63,774 nucleotides of DNA, filler included, from Octopus bimaculoides (GCF_001194135.2; 5 parts of 4 records of this genome joined end to end with filler, not necessarily neighbours in it); one strand, 5' to 3'. Numbered from the whole stretch's first letter, positions 36,177 to 49,231 are shown. Program-made: numbers and translations. The notes: a model not told the origin generated them from the letters alone.

Positions 36177-37769
36177 CATGTTAGTTTTCTGCTGCTATTC
36201 GCCAGAACAGAATTATTATAAGAGAGCATAACTACAGCCAGTGCTATACAACCATCAGTAATCGTGATGTGTTTATTTTGTCCACTGTAATATTTAACGG
36301 AAGAATGAACTCTCGCTGTTACTTTTAAAGTTTTATTATTTCCATAAGTGAACACGCAACATATATTATAATGGTATGTAAGACTCCGTAGTAAAACCAA
36401 GTTGAGGCTATATACCATTCCGTTATATTCCTACCTCAACACACTATTTGAATTTTTCAAGACTTTTATAAATGTGAGGGCAGAATAAATTGTCTAAAGG
36501 ATATCTGCATTAATTAAATCAGAGAATGTTTATGAAACATCAACTTGTAATTTGCAATCCGCTGTCAACAGAATCCTTGAATCAAATTTCCTCAAGTCTT
36601 AAAATTCCTGGCTAAAGAATCCAGACTTAACAAGACGGTGCTACCAGAACAAAATTCCATGATACGAGATGGTTTTATTTATGAAATAATATCAACTGTT
36701 CTACGTGCCAGAACATTAAACTTCGCTCAAAAGAATATAAGTGTTTATAAACCATGACGTTTTCGTAATGTTCCAAAGGACACTAGACAGGAAACTATTT
36801 CACTAGCTACTTCTCTGAAATGTGTGTGCAAGTATAGACATGAACGTAGAGAACGTCTAGCAAGAGATGCCATAAATGACATGATAACAAAATAGTGGGG
36901 GTAAGTCAATATACACACTTGAAACAGCCTTAGATTAAAATACCGGTGTGTATAATATGTGAATACAAACATGGAAGAGCACTGTTAAAAACGCACAGCT
37001 TTGCTCAGAATTCCAAGCCAGACACGATGTTTCAACCCGATTTGGTTTCCTCAGGAAACACCATATCTTATGATCTGAATGAAGCCTTGTGTTCTTGCCA
37101 CACAAATCTTTTAGACATGTTTCTCTGAGACAAAATATTACAGTCAGTGTAGTTCCACACTTGCGCATATACGTAGTCTGATCAATATACAAATGTTTAC
37201 TTCCAAAATAGACAACTTCGATTTCCAGTTTAGGGCGACATGTCAGACATTGCTCCAGCTGAGGTCATTGTCTTATCTGCTTCCCCTAAAATTGCTAGCT
37301 TTGTGCCAAAATAAGACGGTTATTTCTTAGGACATGTAAGGCGTGGAGCGGTGTGTCGGTAAAATATTTTTTGGTACTTCTTCCGACTCTTTCCATTTTG
37401 AGTTCAAATCCCATCGAGGCCAGCTTTGCTTTCCATCGCTCCAGAATGGATAAAATACCACTGTCCCCTAAAAATTTCAGTCATTGTGCCTATATTTGCA
37501 GTTCCTTCTTACAACAAATAACTTCAACTTTAATTCCTCCAGGAATTCCTAAAATAAAGTACCAGCAAATACTAGAGTACACGATATCGGCCAACCCCCT
37601 TCTCCCTCTCAAAACAGCTGGCCTTATGTCTAAATTAGGAGTAATTTCTTGTGATTGGAACGCAAGCATGATCGAGACAAATCTAGGGTTATAGAACATA
37701 TCAACACGCAAAACCATTCTTTCGAAAAATAATTAGAACCTACCCCTTCCGTGATCTAAACTTACGTGA

Positions 37770-38120
37770 CTGTGTGGTAAGAAGTTTGCTTCCAAATCAC
37801 GTGGTTCTGGGTTCAGTCCCACTGTCTGGAATATTTGGCAAGTGTCTTCTACTATAGCTTTGGGTTGACCAAAGCCTTGTAAATGGATTTAGTAGGTGGA
37901 AACTGAAAGAAGCCTTTTGTCTTCCACCACCGTTTGACAACCGGTGTTGGTGTGCTTACGTCCCTGTAACCTAGTGGTTCTGCAAATGAGACCGATAGAA
38001 TAAATACCAAGCTTTAAAAAAAAGTAAGTACTGGGGTCAGATCATTTGATTAAATATTCTTGATGGTGGTGCCCCAGCATGGCCACAGTCAAATGACAGA
38101 AACAAACAAAACAAAAGATA
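37770..38120 (+). mobile_element. family A SINE
   Basis: GTGTGGTAAGAAGTTTGC...GGGTTCAGTCCCACTG...CAGCATGGCCACAGTC. Confidence 0.9.
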
Positions 38121-38744
38121 ACCGTGTGATGGCGAGTAGCATCTACACATCATAAGATTCCCACCACTACTTTGCATTCCATTCTTCCTTTGTGTCTCTT
38201 GGAACAGGTATTAACCCTTTTGAGACATTGTAGTTTAGTATGTGTAGGCAGAAAGGCCAATTTTTTTTTTTTTCTTTTTTTTTTTTGTATTGAGATACAT
38301 CTACTGAAAGACGATCTCTGATTAGCTATTACACTTCAAAACCAACCATTCACAACGTTTGTTTCATCAGGCCGATGGATCTGCCTCAAAGCCTTTTCAG
38401 CTTGTATCACTTAGGGCCGATCAATCGGCCTGAGTGCCCCAAGAGGGCTAAAGAGTTTTTCGGCCACTTGCAATCTTAAATTTTTGTAAATGCAACTTAA
38501 CTTTTTTTTTTTTAATTTTGGAGCGCCCCTTTTTAAGTAGTTATTATGCCTAGCAGCCACCTACGTGGTGAGTGAGATATCACAACTAAACTAATTTTAA
38601 AAGGATTGTATAATCTATTAACAGTGAAATGATAAAAATGATTAATAAAGACAAATGTTTTTAATTTACTTTGTACATTGCAAGTTAATGACTCAAGCAA
38701 AAGACCACTGTTAGACCTGGAAAATGTTGCAAGGGAGTCTCTTT

Positions 38745-39000
38745 CTTTTTTTTATCGAGGCATCATCCAGTCAGCCTGATTGCCCGGGCCAGCCTGATTA
38801 CCTCTCTCCATCCCTCCCGATTTTTCATTAGACTTTTTAGGTCTTCAATTTGGAATCCAACATCATCTGTAAGCTGATGTATATACGTCTTCCGTGGTCT
38901 TCCGGCCGCTGTGGTACCATGATTTGGTGTCCACAGCAACACATTACACGCTAGTTCTTCTTTACTTCTCCAGCAGTGGTCAGCAAACCTCAATCTCCGC
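38745..39000 (-). pseudogene. RTE LINE ORF2 C-terminus
   Basis: RFADHCWRSKEE...LLWTPNHG...GRPRKTYIHQL...MKNREGWR is a typical RTE C-terminus. Confidence 0.9.
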
Positions 39001-41990
39001 TTTTGAATGGTTGATGAGAAGGTTGGTACATTCCCATATAACCGTTGTCATGACTATAGATCATTCCAGAGTCTCATACACAGTCTCAAAATGCAGAATA
39101 ACATCATGGCATTAATTCGTGACGCTTTTGTCTCAGGAATAAATTCATCGACCATTCGTTAATGCTTACTTGAATCTACCGAAGACAACCTAGAATCATT
39201 GATAAAAATTTCTTTAACCATGGAATTAACCAACGTGGATGCAAGGAAGTTGTCAAGAATGAATTCCCCCTTCATACTCCAGTTCTGACACCTTAAAGAA
39301 AACGATCTAGCTACAAGTGTGGTGAGTCTATTCACCCAAAATCAACATATCCAGTCACGAATTCTACCAATTAACTACTGCCGAAAAGAACACTGAGCAA
39401 CCGTTTGCCCCACAAAGAAACCAATTTTTTTCATGATCAGAACAGAAGGTAACGGAGACCGCGAAAACGATCCAACAGACGATAATTGTGCTTCAATTTT
39501 TCAGCTAGCCATCGTCTGGAAATGAACAAAACTCATTAAAGTTTTAAGTAAATGGTCACACAACAAACGCTCTACTGGACACTGAAGCAGATAGGACTTT
39601 TATTTGTCTAGATCTAGTATTTGGGCTTCCTCTAACAATGTAAAAAAAAAACGCTTATCGTTTTAGCCGGTAACAGTCAATTGAAGATCCTATCACGAAG
39701 CAGAAGTGTATAGCGTTAAGTCATTCGTATCATCGATTCTATTAAGAATGGATGTTTTAAGATTGCACAAAGCGCTAGTGTTAAGACGGAATCCAATCTC
39801 TGATTGCGTTTCTCTAAAGGAATTAAGTTGCCAACGTTTAAGTCTACTGCTCGGCGTCGATACATCCAAATCAACACCGATCGCTACGAAATCGTGATGA
39901 AATTATCACAGAGGGTTCATCGAAGGTGAAATCAGTAGAATGTTGAAAGATAGGATTATTCAGGGAAATAGAAGCGCATAGTGCTCATGGTCATTTGTTA
40001 TGTCAAGAAAGAATAAGTCAAGGCTAGTAGTCGACTATTCCAAAACCATATATCACTTTAGTCCTATTGCTGCTTACGTTGCACTTAAAATTAATGATTT
40101 ACATGAAAGAATCACGTCTAATCATTACTTGTCTACTATCGAGTTGAAAGAAGCCTACTACTAAATTCCATTGCACAAAGAGGATTTTCATTTCACGGCT
40201 TTTGAAGTCTGTAACAAACTGTTCGAATTACAAGCCTACCATTCGGGTGTACCATTGCCGTGGCCATCTTTCAACACATTATGGATTCTCTTCAAAAGAC
40301 CTGTTGTTACATCGATGATATCACCATCGGAGGCGAAACAAAGGAAAAACACGACAGTAATTTGGCCAAATTGTAGCAACCAGATGGGCAAGCCGACATG
40401 CAACATCCATCCGCTTCCTAGGACATGCGATAGAGCAAGGAACGCTTAAACAAGATCCAGAAAGATATCAGACATCATGGAGCTTGAAGAATTTAACACC
40501 ATTGGAGGATTAATTAGCGGATTATTTGCGTATTACGCTAAGTGTATTCCGAATTGTTCAGAACTAACCATGCATTTAACGAACGATCAAGAATCTATCA
40601 AAAAAGACGGTTTAACTTCGGTGGATATGAGTGGCAAATTAACACTCAAACGAGGGTTTGTGAAATCGATCCTGGCAGCTCCAGACTTTAACATGACCAC
40701 TCTTTATACAGACAAGTGCATATGAGGTGGCATCGGGCGGTGTATTATCTCAGGGTGGAAGGTGAGTGGCATTCTATAGCCGAATACTTCAAAATGCCGG
40801 GAGACACCAATAAGCCATAGAAAATGAAGCTTGTGCAATAGTGGAATGTTGCATACGTTGGCGATATCTTATAATTGCAAACACTCAAGTACAATTCTAA
40901 TTCCAAAATTCTTGATACAGGCCACCCTATCCTGGAAACGAATGTCTATCGACTTTGTTAGACCGATAACCAAATATTCCGATTTTACTTACTTTTTAAT
41001 GAATACCCGCATCATCCCTTTTCTTTTCCGTGTAAATGGATATCTAATAAAGTGGTCATTGAGAAACTGGATGAACTTTTCTCTCTTTTCTGGAAGCCTT
41101 AATGCAGTTCACTCAGACAGGGTGCTCAATTTGAAGCGGCGAAGTTCAGAGCCTTTCTATTGGCGAATGGCGTAATCAAGACCAGAACTATTCCAGATCA
41201 TCCTTAAAGAAATGGTCAATACGAGCGAATGAACACGACTATATGCAAGACAATAGCTCTTGGTTTGAAGTCAGAAGGGTTATAGAAGACTGAGTGGACC
41301 AAGGTAGTTCCACTGGTCTTAGCTTCTATCAGAGGTCTTTTATGCACAGCAACCAACGAAACTCCTCCCGAAAGAATATTTACTTTTCGCATCGTCTTGA
41401 GACTCGACTCCGATCTGCCATCGCTCTTAATCAACGTTGGTTCAACGGCTTTACTTCGAAGTCATCTAGTTCGAAAAGGTGATTCACTTGTAGAGAAGGT
41501 TAAATTATCGGAAACTCTTACCAAATTCCTCACGGGTACAGTTTGACAACAGCTGCACCACTGCAGTTCGAGATCTTGCTTACTATCCCCCAGATTCATC
41601 GTTAGAAAAAGGTAATAAATTGTTCTTAGACACTCCTGTTCAATGAAACAATTCTTACTAGACGCAATACTGTCCAGATACACAACCGGAAATATCTGTG
41701 TTGTCATCGGCAGACCCAGCTGAACCAACATTGGACCATAGTAAGGAAGCTTTAGAAAATTCGCCGGATAATGCACACGATCTTGGAATTCTCACGAGCA
41801 GTTTCGTAACAACCAGGTTAAACCGAGTAGTGAGGTCATTGCTTGACGATTACGTACTAGACATCGAACGCAGCAGAGAAGGCTGATGTGATGGTGTTTT
41901 TAATCCATCATTCACAGCAGTCCTATACTTTTTGTCTTCTTTCTCTTCTGTCTCGCTTCCATCCATATTATATAAATCTCTTAACTAACT
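39000..41990 (+). mobile_element. decayed Gypsy/Ty3 LTR retrotransposon (gag-pol remnant, probable 3' LTR start at about 41887)
   Basis: IRDAFVSGI (gag), RLVVDY, LKEAYY.IP, TAFE (RT), IEKEACAIV-like (RNase H), PWKRMSIDF and VHSD (integrase). A purine tract AGAGAAGG is followed by TG. Many stops and frameshifts. Confidence 0.9.
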
Positions 41991-41996
41991 ATAGAT

Positions 41997-42358
41997 GCGC
42001 GCATGATTGTGTGGCAAGAAGCCTGCCTCCCAACCACATGGTTCCGAATCCAGTCCTATTGAGTGGCACCTTGGGCAAGTGTCTTGCACTATAGCCTTGA
42101 GCCGACCAAAGCTTTGTGAGTGGGTTTGGTACACGGAAACATACATACATGTGTGTGTTTGTCCCCCACAACGTTTGACAACCGGTGATGGGTTGTTTAT
42201 GTCCCCGTAACATTAGTGGTTCAGCAAAAGAGACCGATAGAATAAGTATTGGGCATAAAAATTAAGTACTGAGGCCTATTCGTTCGACTAAAATGTTCAA
42301 CGCGGTGCCCCAGCTTGACCACAGTCTAATCACTGAAACGAATGAAAAGCAAAAGATA
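41997..42358 (+). mobile_element. family A SINE
   Basis: Full head, body and tail similar to 43162. Confidence 0.9.
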
Positions 42359-42679
42359 ACGTAAGTCCGCATGTTTTTAAGATTGAATAAAACCTTCAGT
42401 TGTCGCATTTTCAGCGTTTAGATGCATCATGCCTTATTTTCTCTACTTTTGTCCCACTAAAACGAATTTCCTACTTTTCCGATACTCGTCTGTTTCCGCG
42501 TTATACTTACATTATACTATCAAGCTTTAAAATCTGAAAAGCAGAATCGTTTTGCGTCTTTTCGATCCACTTAATTGGTCCCAGTAGACCAGCTTTTCCA
42601 GAATAGGCTTTACTTTCGTTTCCCGCCGTTCTTTATTTAATATTTTATTGTGACCAATAAAGTAGAGACTACTAAAAGG

Positions 42680-42905
42680 GTAAAGACCCCGTTCAGTCGT
42701 GAATGACCATGGGATTGCACCTAGAAAGTTATCTTCCGAGGCAAGGTTGTTTATGGAAGACCAGCAGTCGCCCATGCATACCAGCATCCCTTCCCCACCG
42801 ATCTTGTCCAAGGGAAAAGCAAAGTCCGATACAGGTGAGTGAACTGGAACAACGTGAAATAAAATGTCTTGCTCAACACACAGAAGTCCGGGAATCGAAC
42901 TAACT
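42680..42905 (-). mobile_element. family C SINE with RTE-like tail
   Basis: GAATGACCATGGGATTGCACCTAGAAAG is shared in reverse with 56885-56915. Confidence 0.75.
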
Positions 42906-42978
42906 ACCACAAACACACCTGTATATAAATCAGGCTAGAACTTAAATCAAGTCATTCGTCCAACCACGTGCCCAAATG

Positions 42979-43635
42979 CAGGGGTCTCTAGCCATCGGGC
43001 CATAGACAATTTAGTACCGGGCCGCACAGACAAAAAAAGTTCTACTTCTTTATTGACTATCAGAAACTGCGGGTTGTTCTTGCATTATTTATATGTAATA
43101 ATTAATTGTATTGATATATAATAATATATGTAATAATTAATTGTATTGATATATAATCTTAGGCGCATGACTGGCTCTGTGGTAAGTAGCTTGCTTACCA
43201 GCCACATGGTCCCGGGTTCAGTCCCACTGAGTGGCACCTTGGGCAAGTGTCTTCTACTATAGCCTCGGGCCAACCAAAGCCTAGTGAGTGGATTTGGTAG
43301 ACGGAAACTGAAAGAAGCCCGTCGTATATATGTATATGTATATATGTGTGTCTGTGTTTGTCCCCCAACATCGCTTCACAACCAATGCTGGTGTGTTTAT
43401 GTCCCCGTAACTTAGCGGTTCGGCAAAAGGGACCGATAGAATAAGTACTAGGCTTACAAAGAATAAGTCCTGGGGTCGATTTGTTCAACTAAAAGCGGTG
43501 CTCTAGCCTGGCCGCAGTCAAATGACTGAAATAAGTAAAAGAGTAATTATATATTATGCAGTTTGTTTTGCCATGCGTGAGATACCCCGGTTCATGGAAA
43601 AATTGTCTTGCATGAAACGGTCAGTGGTGCAAAAA
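42979..43635 (+). mobile_element. MER1-like hAT-Charlie non-autonomous element interrupted by a SINE
   Basis: 5' CAGGGGTCTCTAGCCATCGGGCC...ACCGGGCCGCACAG and 3' CCCCGGTTCATGGAAAAATTGTCTTGCATGAAACGGTCAGTGGTGCAAAAA resemble MER1/Charlie termini. Confidence 0.6.
43162..43545 (+). mobile_element. family A SINE, full length, little diverged
   Basis: tRNA-like head GGCTCTGTGGTAAG...GGGTTCAGTCCC, (TA/TG) middle, GTAAAAGAGTA tail. Confidence 0.95.
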
Positions 43636-44192
43636 AAAAAAAGAAAGAAAAAATACCATCTGCAACCCTAAAAAATATTATTTTCAAGACGAAGAAGGTT
43701 GTCAGAAATCACCTTCACTGAAAGAGGCAGGTCGAGGGGAGATAATATTTACTGCAGCTCGATTATTCCCCCTGATTTTCTTAATCTTATTTCAAAAATA
43801 TTCTTTCATTGTAGTTGTCGAAGACCTCTCGGTCGTTTATTTTTATCCGTTTTGCTTAATTTTCTCTCCTTTTGTCCCCAGAAATAGATCATCTTTTTTC
43901 TTCGATCCTTGTTTTTTTCCTTTACTTACAACAACATTAAATTATAAAGGTTTAAACAATGAAATTCAGAATCGTTTTACTTCTTTCCACTCCAAATAAT
44001 TGGACCAAGGAGACCAGCTTTTTTGCCGCAGAATTGTGGCCACGATTGTGACATGATAAAGTCCAACGGAGTTTATAAATAGATCAGATTCTCATAGAGA
44101 AGTTAATCGATTTTTCAATTTTTTATCTACTAAGAAAATATTCTACATTCGCAGATAAAAATAATTTCGTTCACTTTTTCTGAACAATATCT

Positions 44193-44445
44193 AGCTTGCT
44201 TACCAACCACATGGTCCCGAGTTCAGTCACACTGCGTGACATCTTGGACAAGTGTCTTCTACTATAGCCTAGGGCCGACCAAAGCCTTGTGAGTGGATTT
44301 GGTAGACGGAAACTGAAAGAAGCCCGTCGTATATATGCATATATATATGTATGTGTGTCTGTGTTTGTCCCCCAGCATCGCTTGACAACCGATGCTGGTG
44401 CGTTTATGTCCCTTATGCGTTTATGTAACTTAGCGGTTCGGCACC
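44193..44445 (+). mobile_element. family A SINE, partial
   Basis: TAGCTTGCTTACCAACCACATGGTCCCGAGTTCAGTC... Confidence 0.9.
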
Positions 44446-45811
44446 TATAAAGCGCTTAGTTGTATAGTCGACTTGTATACATATATGTGTGTATCCTATA
44501 TCTAAGGTTAGTATATAGGAATAAATTAACCAGAAGGGTACAGTAATAGCTCTCAGATATATTCCAGGTTCCAGCTAACCACATTAAGTAGTTATAAACA
44601 TCAACGATCGTTTAGTAAAAGCAATTTTGCGGTAATTCTTCAGATGAATAACTAAAGGATTGGCTTCCCTGAATTATGAATATTATCAGGAATGTAAATT
44701 TCTAATGTATATATGCATACATGAGAGCAGAAAGAGACATAAAATCACCTATTTTCTAAATTTCCGAAACAACCTATGAAAATCAATATCAATAAAGGAT
44801 ATGAATTCATTTGGACTTGCATCATTATATCGCCAAATAAAATAATTATATTTAACAATTTCTTTTTTCTTTCTCTTATTGTGCATGACCCCATCAACAA
44901 CTATTGTTACGTGCTATAATTTCTAAAAAAAAATATCGAATTTTTTTAATGAAGAATTCTTTTGTTTGTATGTCAGCTTCATCTGCTCTGTCTTGGCCAT
45001 CAATCCCATAATATATAATACAATTATAAATTTAAATTTTTAATGTTTTTTATCATTGAGCACTTCTTCATGTGAGTCGAGCAAACATGAAAATATTCCC
45101 GTTGTCTGTTCTAGATTCTTCCCAATTGAGAGTTGAGCGATATCTACTGCAACCTCAAAAAAAAAAAAAAAAAAACAGGTTGTAACTTTTCTTCTTCGTC
45201 AAGCTTTCGTTTCAAAACCAATACTGTTTTGTCAACATAAACACAATCTACTTTATCCCCCACGTTATCGTCGCGATATCTGGTTGCTGTATCATCATCT
45301 GCAGACTGTAGGCGTGCTTAACGTTGTAACATTCCAGGTGGTTTTCTAAAAACTATCCAATTACCTAGAACAAAGGTTTCGTAAGTTTCACCTTCAGTTC
45401 TGTCTTCCTTCTTCCTGTTTCTGTGCATCAAGTATACACACTGATTACGGTGGTTCAACGAATTCTGTCTAACAGGAATATTCCAGCATCTAAACTTACG
45501 TATCTACACATGCGAATATACATCCATACGCACACACTGTTTCAGTTAACTTACTGAGTCCTCTTTTCTTTCAGTTTGTAGTGCTAAGTATAATTTATCC
45601 ACAGTTTGTGTGTGTGTGAATATATCTATGCACAGACGTGTGTGTTTAAATATATATATATATATATATATTTGTATATTACGCACACACGTCTGTGCAT
45701 ATTTATATATANNNNNNNNNNNNNNNNNNNNNNNNNNNNNNNNNNNNNNNNNNNNTTAATTAATTAANNNNNNNNNNNNNNNNNNNNNNNNNNNNNNNNN
45801 NNNNNNNNNNN

Positions 45812-45879
<68 letters not shown>

Positions 45880-46765
45880 GCGTAAAAGTCGAACGATGAA
45901 ATTGAGTGCTCAACACCGCATTGGTGGATACAATTTCTTTATTAGTGAATTATGGCTAACATTGGTTTCATGCGAAGAAAAATAGGAAAATATCTTAATA
46001 TCCTAACATTTTTTTCAAACCGAAGGAGTGGTGTTTGTCTCCATTTTGGATAAACACAAACTCTCGCTGAATTCGCGGAGACTCTCGTGAATAAAACAAT
46101 GAATCAAGGGGGCTACTCTTGGATGACATCTTTTGAGTGGTTATTTCCCTTGGATTTTACTTTTGGGCAAACAGTCGCATGGTAAATTTTTGTCTTATAT
46201 TGTATTCTGGGTGTATATTGTATTCGTATTCTTGTGTGCTGAGAGAGTTCCTCATGGGGAATTTGTATGTTATGTATATTCAAATTTCACGTTGAGGAAA
46301 GGGGCTATCCTGATGGGATTAGTGGCGCAGGTAGTGGGTTCTCTTTGAAGTGATTGAGTGTGAAATATTGCTTGTATATGCAGTGAGAGAAGATTTCATC
46401 CCTAATATTTAGGATGTTATCTGTTGACTGTATGATATTTAGTTTGTCAGTGATACAGATTTCACATTTGGTACCCAATCCTCTGTATTTTGGGGTTTTA
46501 GGAATAATGTTATATTTTATCCGAGGATTACTTATTCTATCTTCTTTCAATGTCCATATCATATTGGATAGTGATGTTGAGTGTTTTTTTTATATTTTTG
46601 TCTGTGAATGACTCCAGGTGTTGTGTATACCTTCCTTTTAACGAGATGCCCGTCATTCCGATATACGTCTTTGCTTCTCCGTTGGAATCCGTCATCTTGG
46701 CCTTGTATACAAGTTGCTTTTCGAGACAGTTGTTGTTTAGGGGATTGCATTTAGTTTCGCATGCT
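45880..46765 (-). mobile_element. Penelope-like element 3' part: GIY-YIG endonuclease plus 3' region
   Basis: CNPLNNNCLEKQLVYKA...KTYIGMT...RYTQH...W.LKE...KCEIC..DK..I...LNIRDEIFSHC is the PLE GIY-YIG/CCHH pattern; frameshifted. Confidence 0.9.
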
Positions 46766-47045
46766 GATAGCACAGGGCTTGAAACTTTTCAGCATTAAAC
46801 TTCATGCTACTCTTCTCAGCCCACTTGTATGTTTCATCCAACTCACATTGCAGGTGCATAGTGTCGTCAGGGTTCTGTATCACCTGTGAGACTTTTGTAT
46901 CATCTGCATAACTTGTGATCGTGGCTCTCTTTATGGCTGAGTGCATATCTGAGAGGGCCATTGAGAACAGTAGCGGTCCCAAAACAGTGCCTTGTGGAAC
47001 ACCGCTCACTATTTGTGTGTCATGCAATAAGGTCTCTCAGGAAAG
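46737..47045 (-). pseudogene. CR1/L2-group LINE RT fragment
   Basis: SGVPQGTVLGPLLF, SYADDTK, LQCELD, WAEKSSMKFNAEK. Confidence 0.95.
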
Positions 47046-47092
47046 GAATTTTTGTTCTGTTACTAATTGTTAACGGTCCTCTGGTGTTCAGT

Positions 47093-47127
<35 letters not shown>

Positions 47128-47129
47128 CA

Positions 47130-47161
<32 letters not shown>

Positions 47162-47407
47162 NNNNNNNNNNNNNNNNNNNNNNNNNNNNNNNNNNNNNNN
47201 NNNNNNNNNNNNNNNNNNNNNNNNNNNNNNNNNNNNNNNNNNNNNNNNNNNNNNNNNNNNNNNNNNNNNNNNNNNNNNNNNNNNNNNNNNNNNNNNNNNN
47301 NNNNNNNNNNNNNNNNNNNNNNNNNNNNNNNNNNNNNNNNNNNNNNNNNNNNNNNNNNNNNNNNNNNNNNNNNATATATACATATATATATACACACATA
47401 TATATAT

Positions 47408-47625
47408 ATATGCATATATGGGTACAGGACGTCACAAAGCGTAAACAACATGAAATCCGAAATACGGAAAACAACATGAAATACGAAGACAAACTTTCAA
47501 ACTTTTTTGCGAACAACAGGAGAAACAAATGGAAAACAAGACAAGTAACATAAAGAACGACTTTTCATCAGTTGTCGGCTGTTTATCTACTCCACATTGC
47601 GATCAATTCACGACAGTATGTGCTT
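47408..47625 (-). repeat. interspersed repeat (second copy at 58040-58255, opposite strand)
   Basis: GCATATATGGGTACAGGACGTC and TTTCATCAGTTGTCGGCTGTTTATCTACTCC are shared in reverse with the 58xxx copy. Confidence 0.85.
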
Positions 47626-48042
47626 TGAGAAAACAGTTGCTCCCGCAAACCAAGATAAAATTTGTGATTTTACAGAGGGTCAAAGTTGGTAACAAAAACA
47701 AGACAGTGAAACAAATAGTGGGGGCTGCTAAGCCAGACGGAGTAAGGTGGTGAACGCTGAGGAACATTGCTTGATAGGAGAAAAGATAGGAGAGGAGACA
47801 GACAAGAATACGTCTGGTCTGTGCAACAGACCGGAAGGAAAGAAAGATGAACACCTGTGGAAAAAAAGATGGACGATGGTCACGTGTGAGCAAAGAGAGA
47901 GTAAAGGAGGAAGAGGGAGAGAGGGACAGATAGAGAACGGTGAAGGGGAGAAAAAAGAATTAGTGAAAGGATGGGCGGGAAAAAACGAAAGGGAGAGAAG
48001 GGGAGAAAAAAGAATTAGAGAAAGGAAGAGAGAGAAAACGAA

Positions 48043-48088
<46 letters not shown>

Positions 48089-48349
48089 AGTACAGAGGAG
48101 AGTTGTATCAAAATTATTAAGACAAACTTACTTGGAAATGGATGCGTGATACACACACACATATATATATATTATATGTATATATACATATATACGTATA
48201 TATGTATGTATAAATATATGTATGATATATATGTATATATGTTTAAATGTATACCTACACACACATATACACACAAATATATATATACATACACACATAC
48301 GCTCATATTTATGTACATATATATATTCTTTTATTCATTTATTCTTTTG

Positions 48350-48545
48350 TTTCAATAATTTGACTGCGACCATACTGGAGCAGAGCCTTTAGTCAAACAA
48401 ATTGATCCCAGGACTTATTCTTTGTAAGCCTAGTACTTATTATATCGGCTCCTTTAAACCCAACCGCTAAGTTACGAGGTATTAACACGCCAACATCGGC
48501 TGTCAAGTGATGGTAGGGGGACAAGCACAGACACACAAACACATA
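48350..48545 (-). mobile_element. family A SINE 3' half
   Basis: Reverse complement of the SINE A tail region. Confidence 0.85.
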
Positions 48546-48579
48546 CGTGCGCGCACACACACACATGCACGCACACACG

Positions 48580-48616
<37 letters not shown>

Positions 48617-49196
48617 NNNNNNNNNNNNNNNNNNNNNNNNNNNNNNNNNNNNNNNNNNNNNNNNNNNNNNNNNNNNNNNNNNNNNNNNNNNNNNNNNNNN
48701 NNNNNNNNNNNNNNNNNNNNNNNNNNNNNNNNNNNNNNNNNNNNNNNNNNNNNNNNNNNNNNNNNNNNNNNNNNNNNNNNNNNNNNNNNNNNNNNNNNNN
48801 NNNNNNNNNNNNNNNNNNNNNNNNNNNNNNNNNNNNNNNNNNNNNNNNNNNNNNNNNNNNNNNNNNNNNNNNNNNNNNNNNNNNNNNNNNNNNNNNNNNN
48901 NNNNNNNNNNNNNNNNNNNNNNNNNNNNNNNNNNNNNNNNNNNNNNNNNNNNNNNNNNNNNNNNNNNNNNNNNNNNNNNNNNNNNNNNNNNNNNNNNNNN
49001 NNNNNNNNNNNNNNNNNNNNNNNNNNNNNNNNNNNNNNNNNNNNNNNNNNNNNNNNNNNNNNNNNNNNNNNNNNNNNNNNNNNNNNNNNNNNNNNNNNNN
49101 NNNNNNNNNNNNNNNNNNNNNNNNNNNNNNNNNNNNNNNNNNNNNNATATATATGTATATATATATATATATAGATAGATAGATAGATACATATAC

Positions 49197-49231
<35 letters not shown>

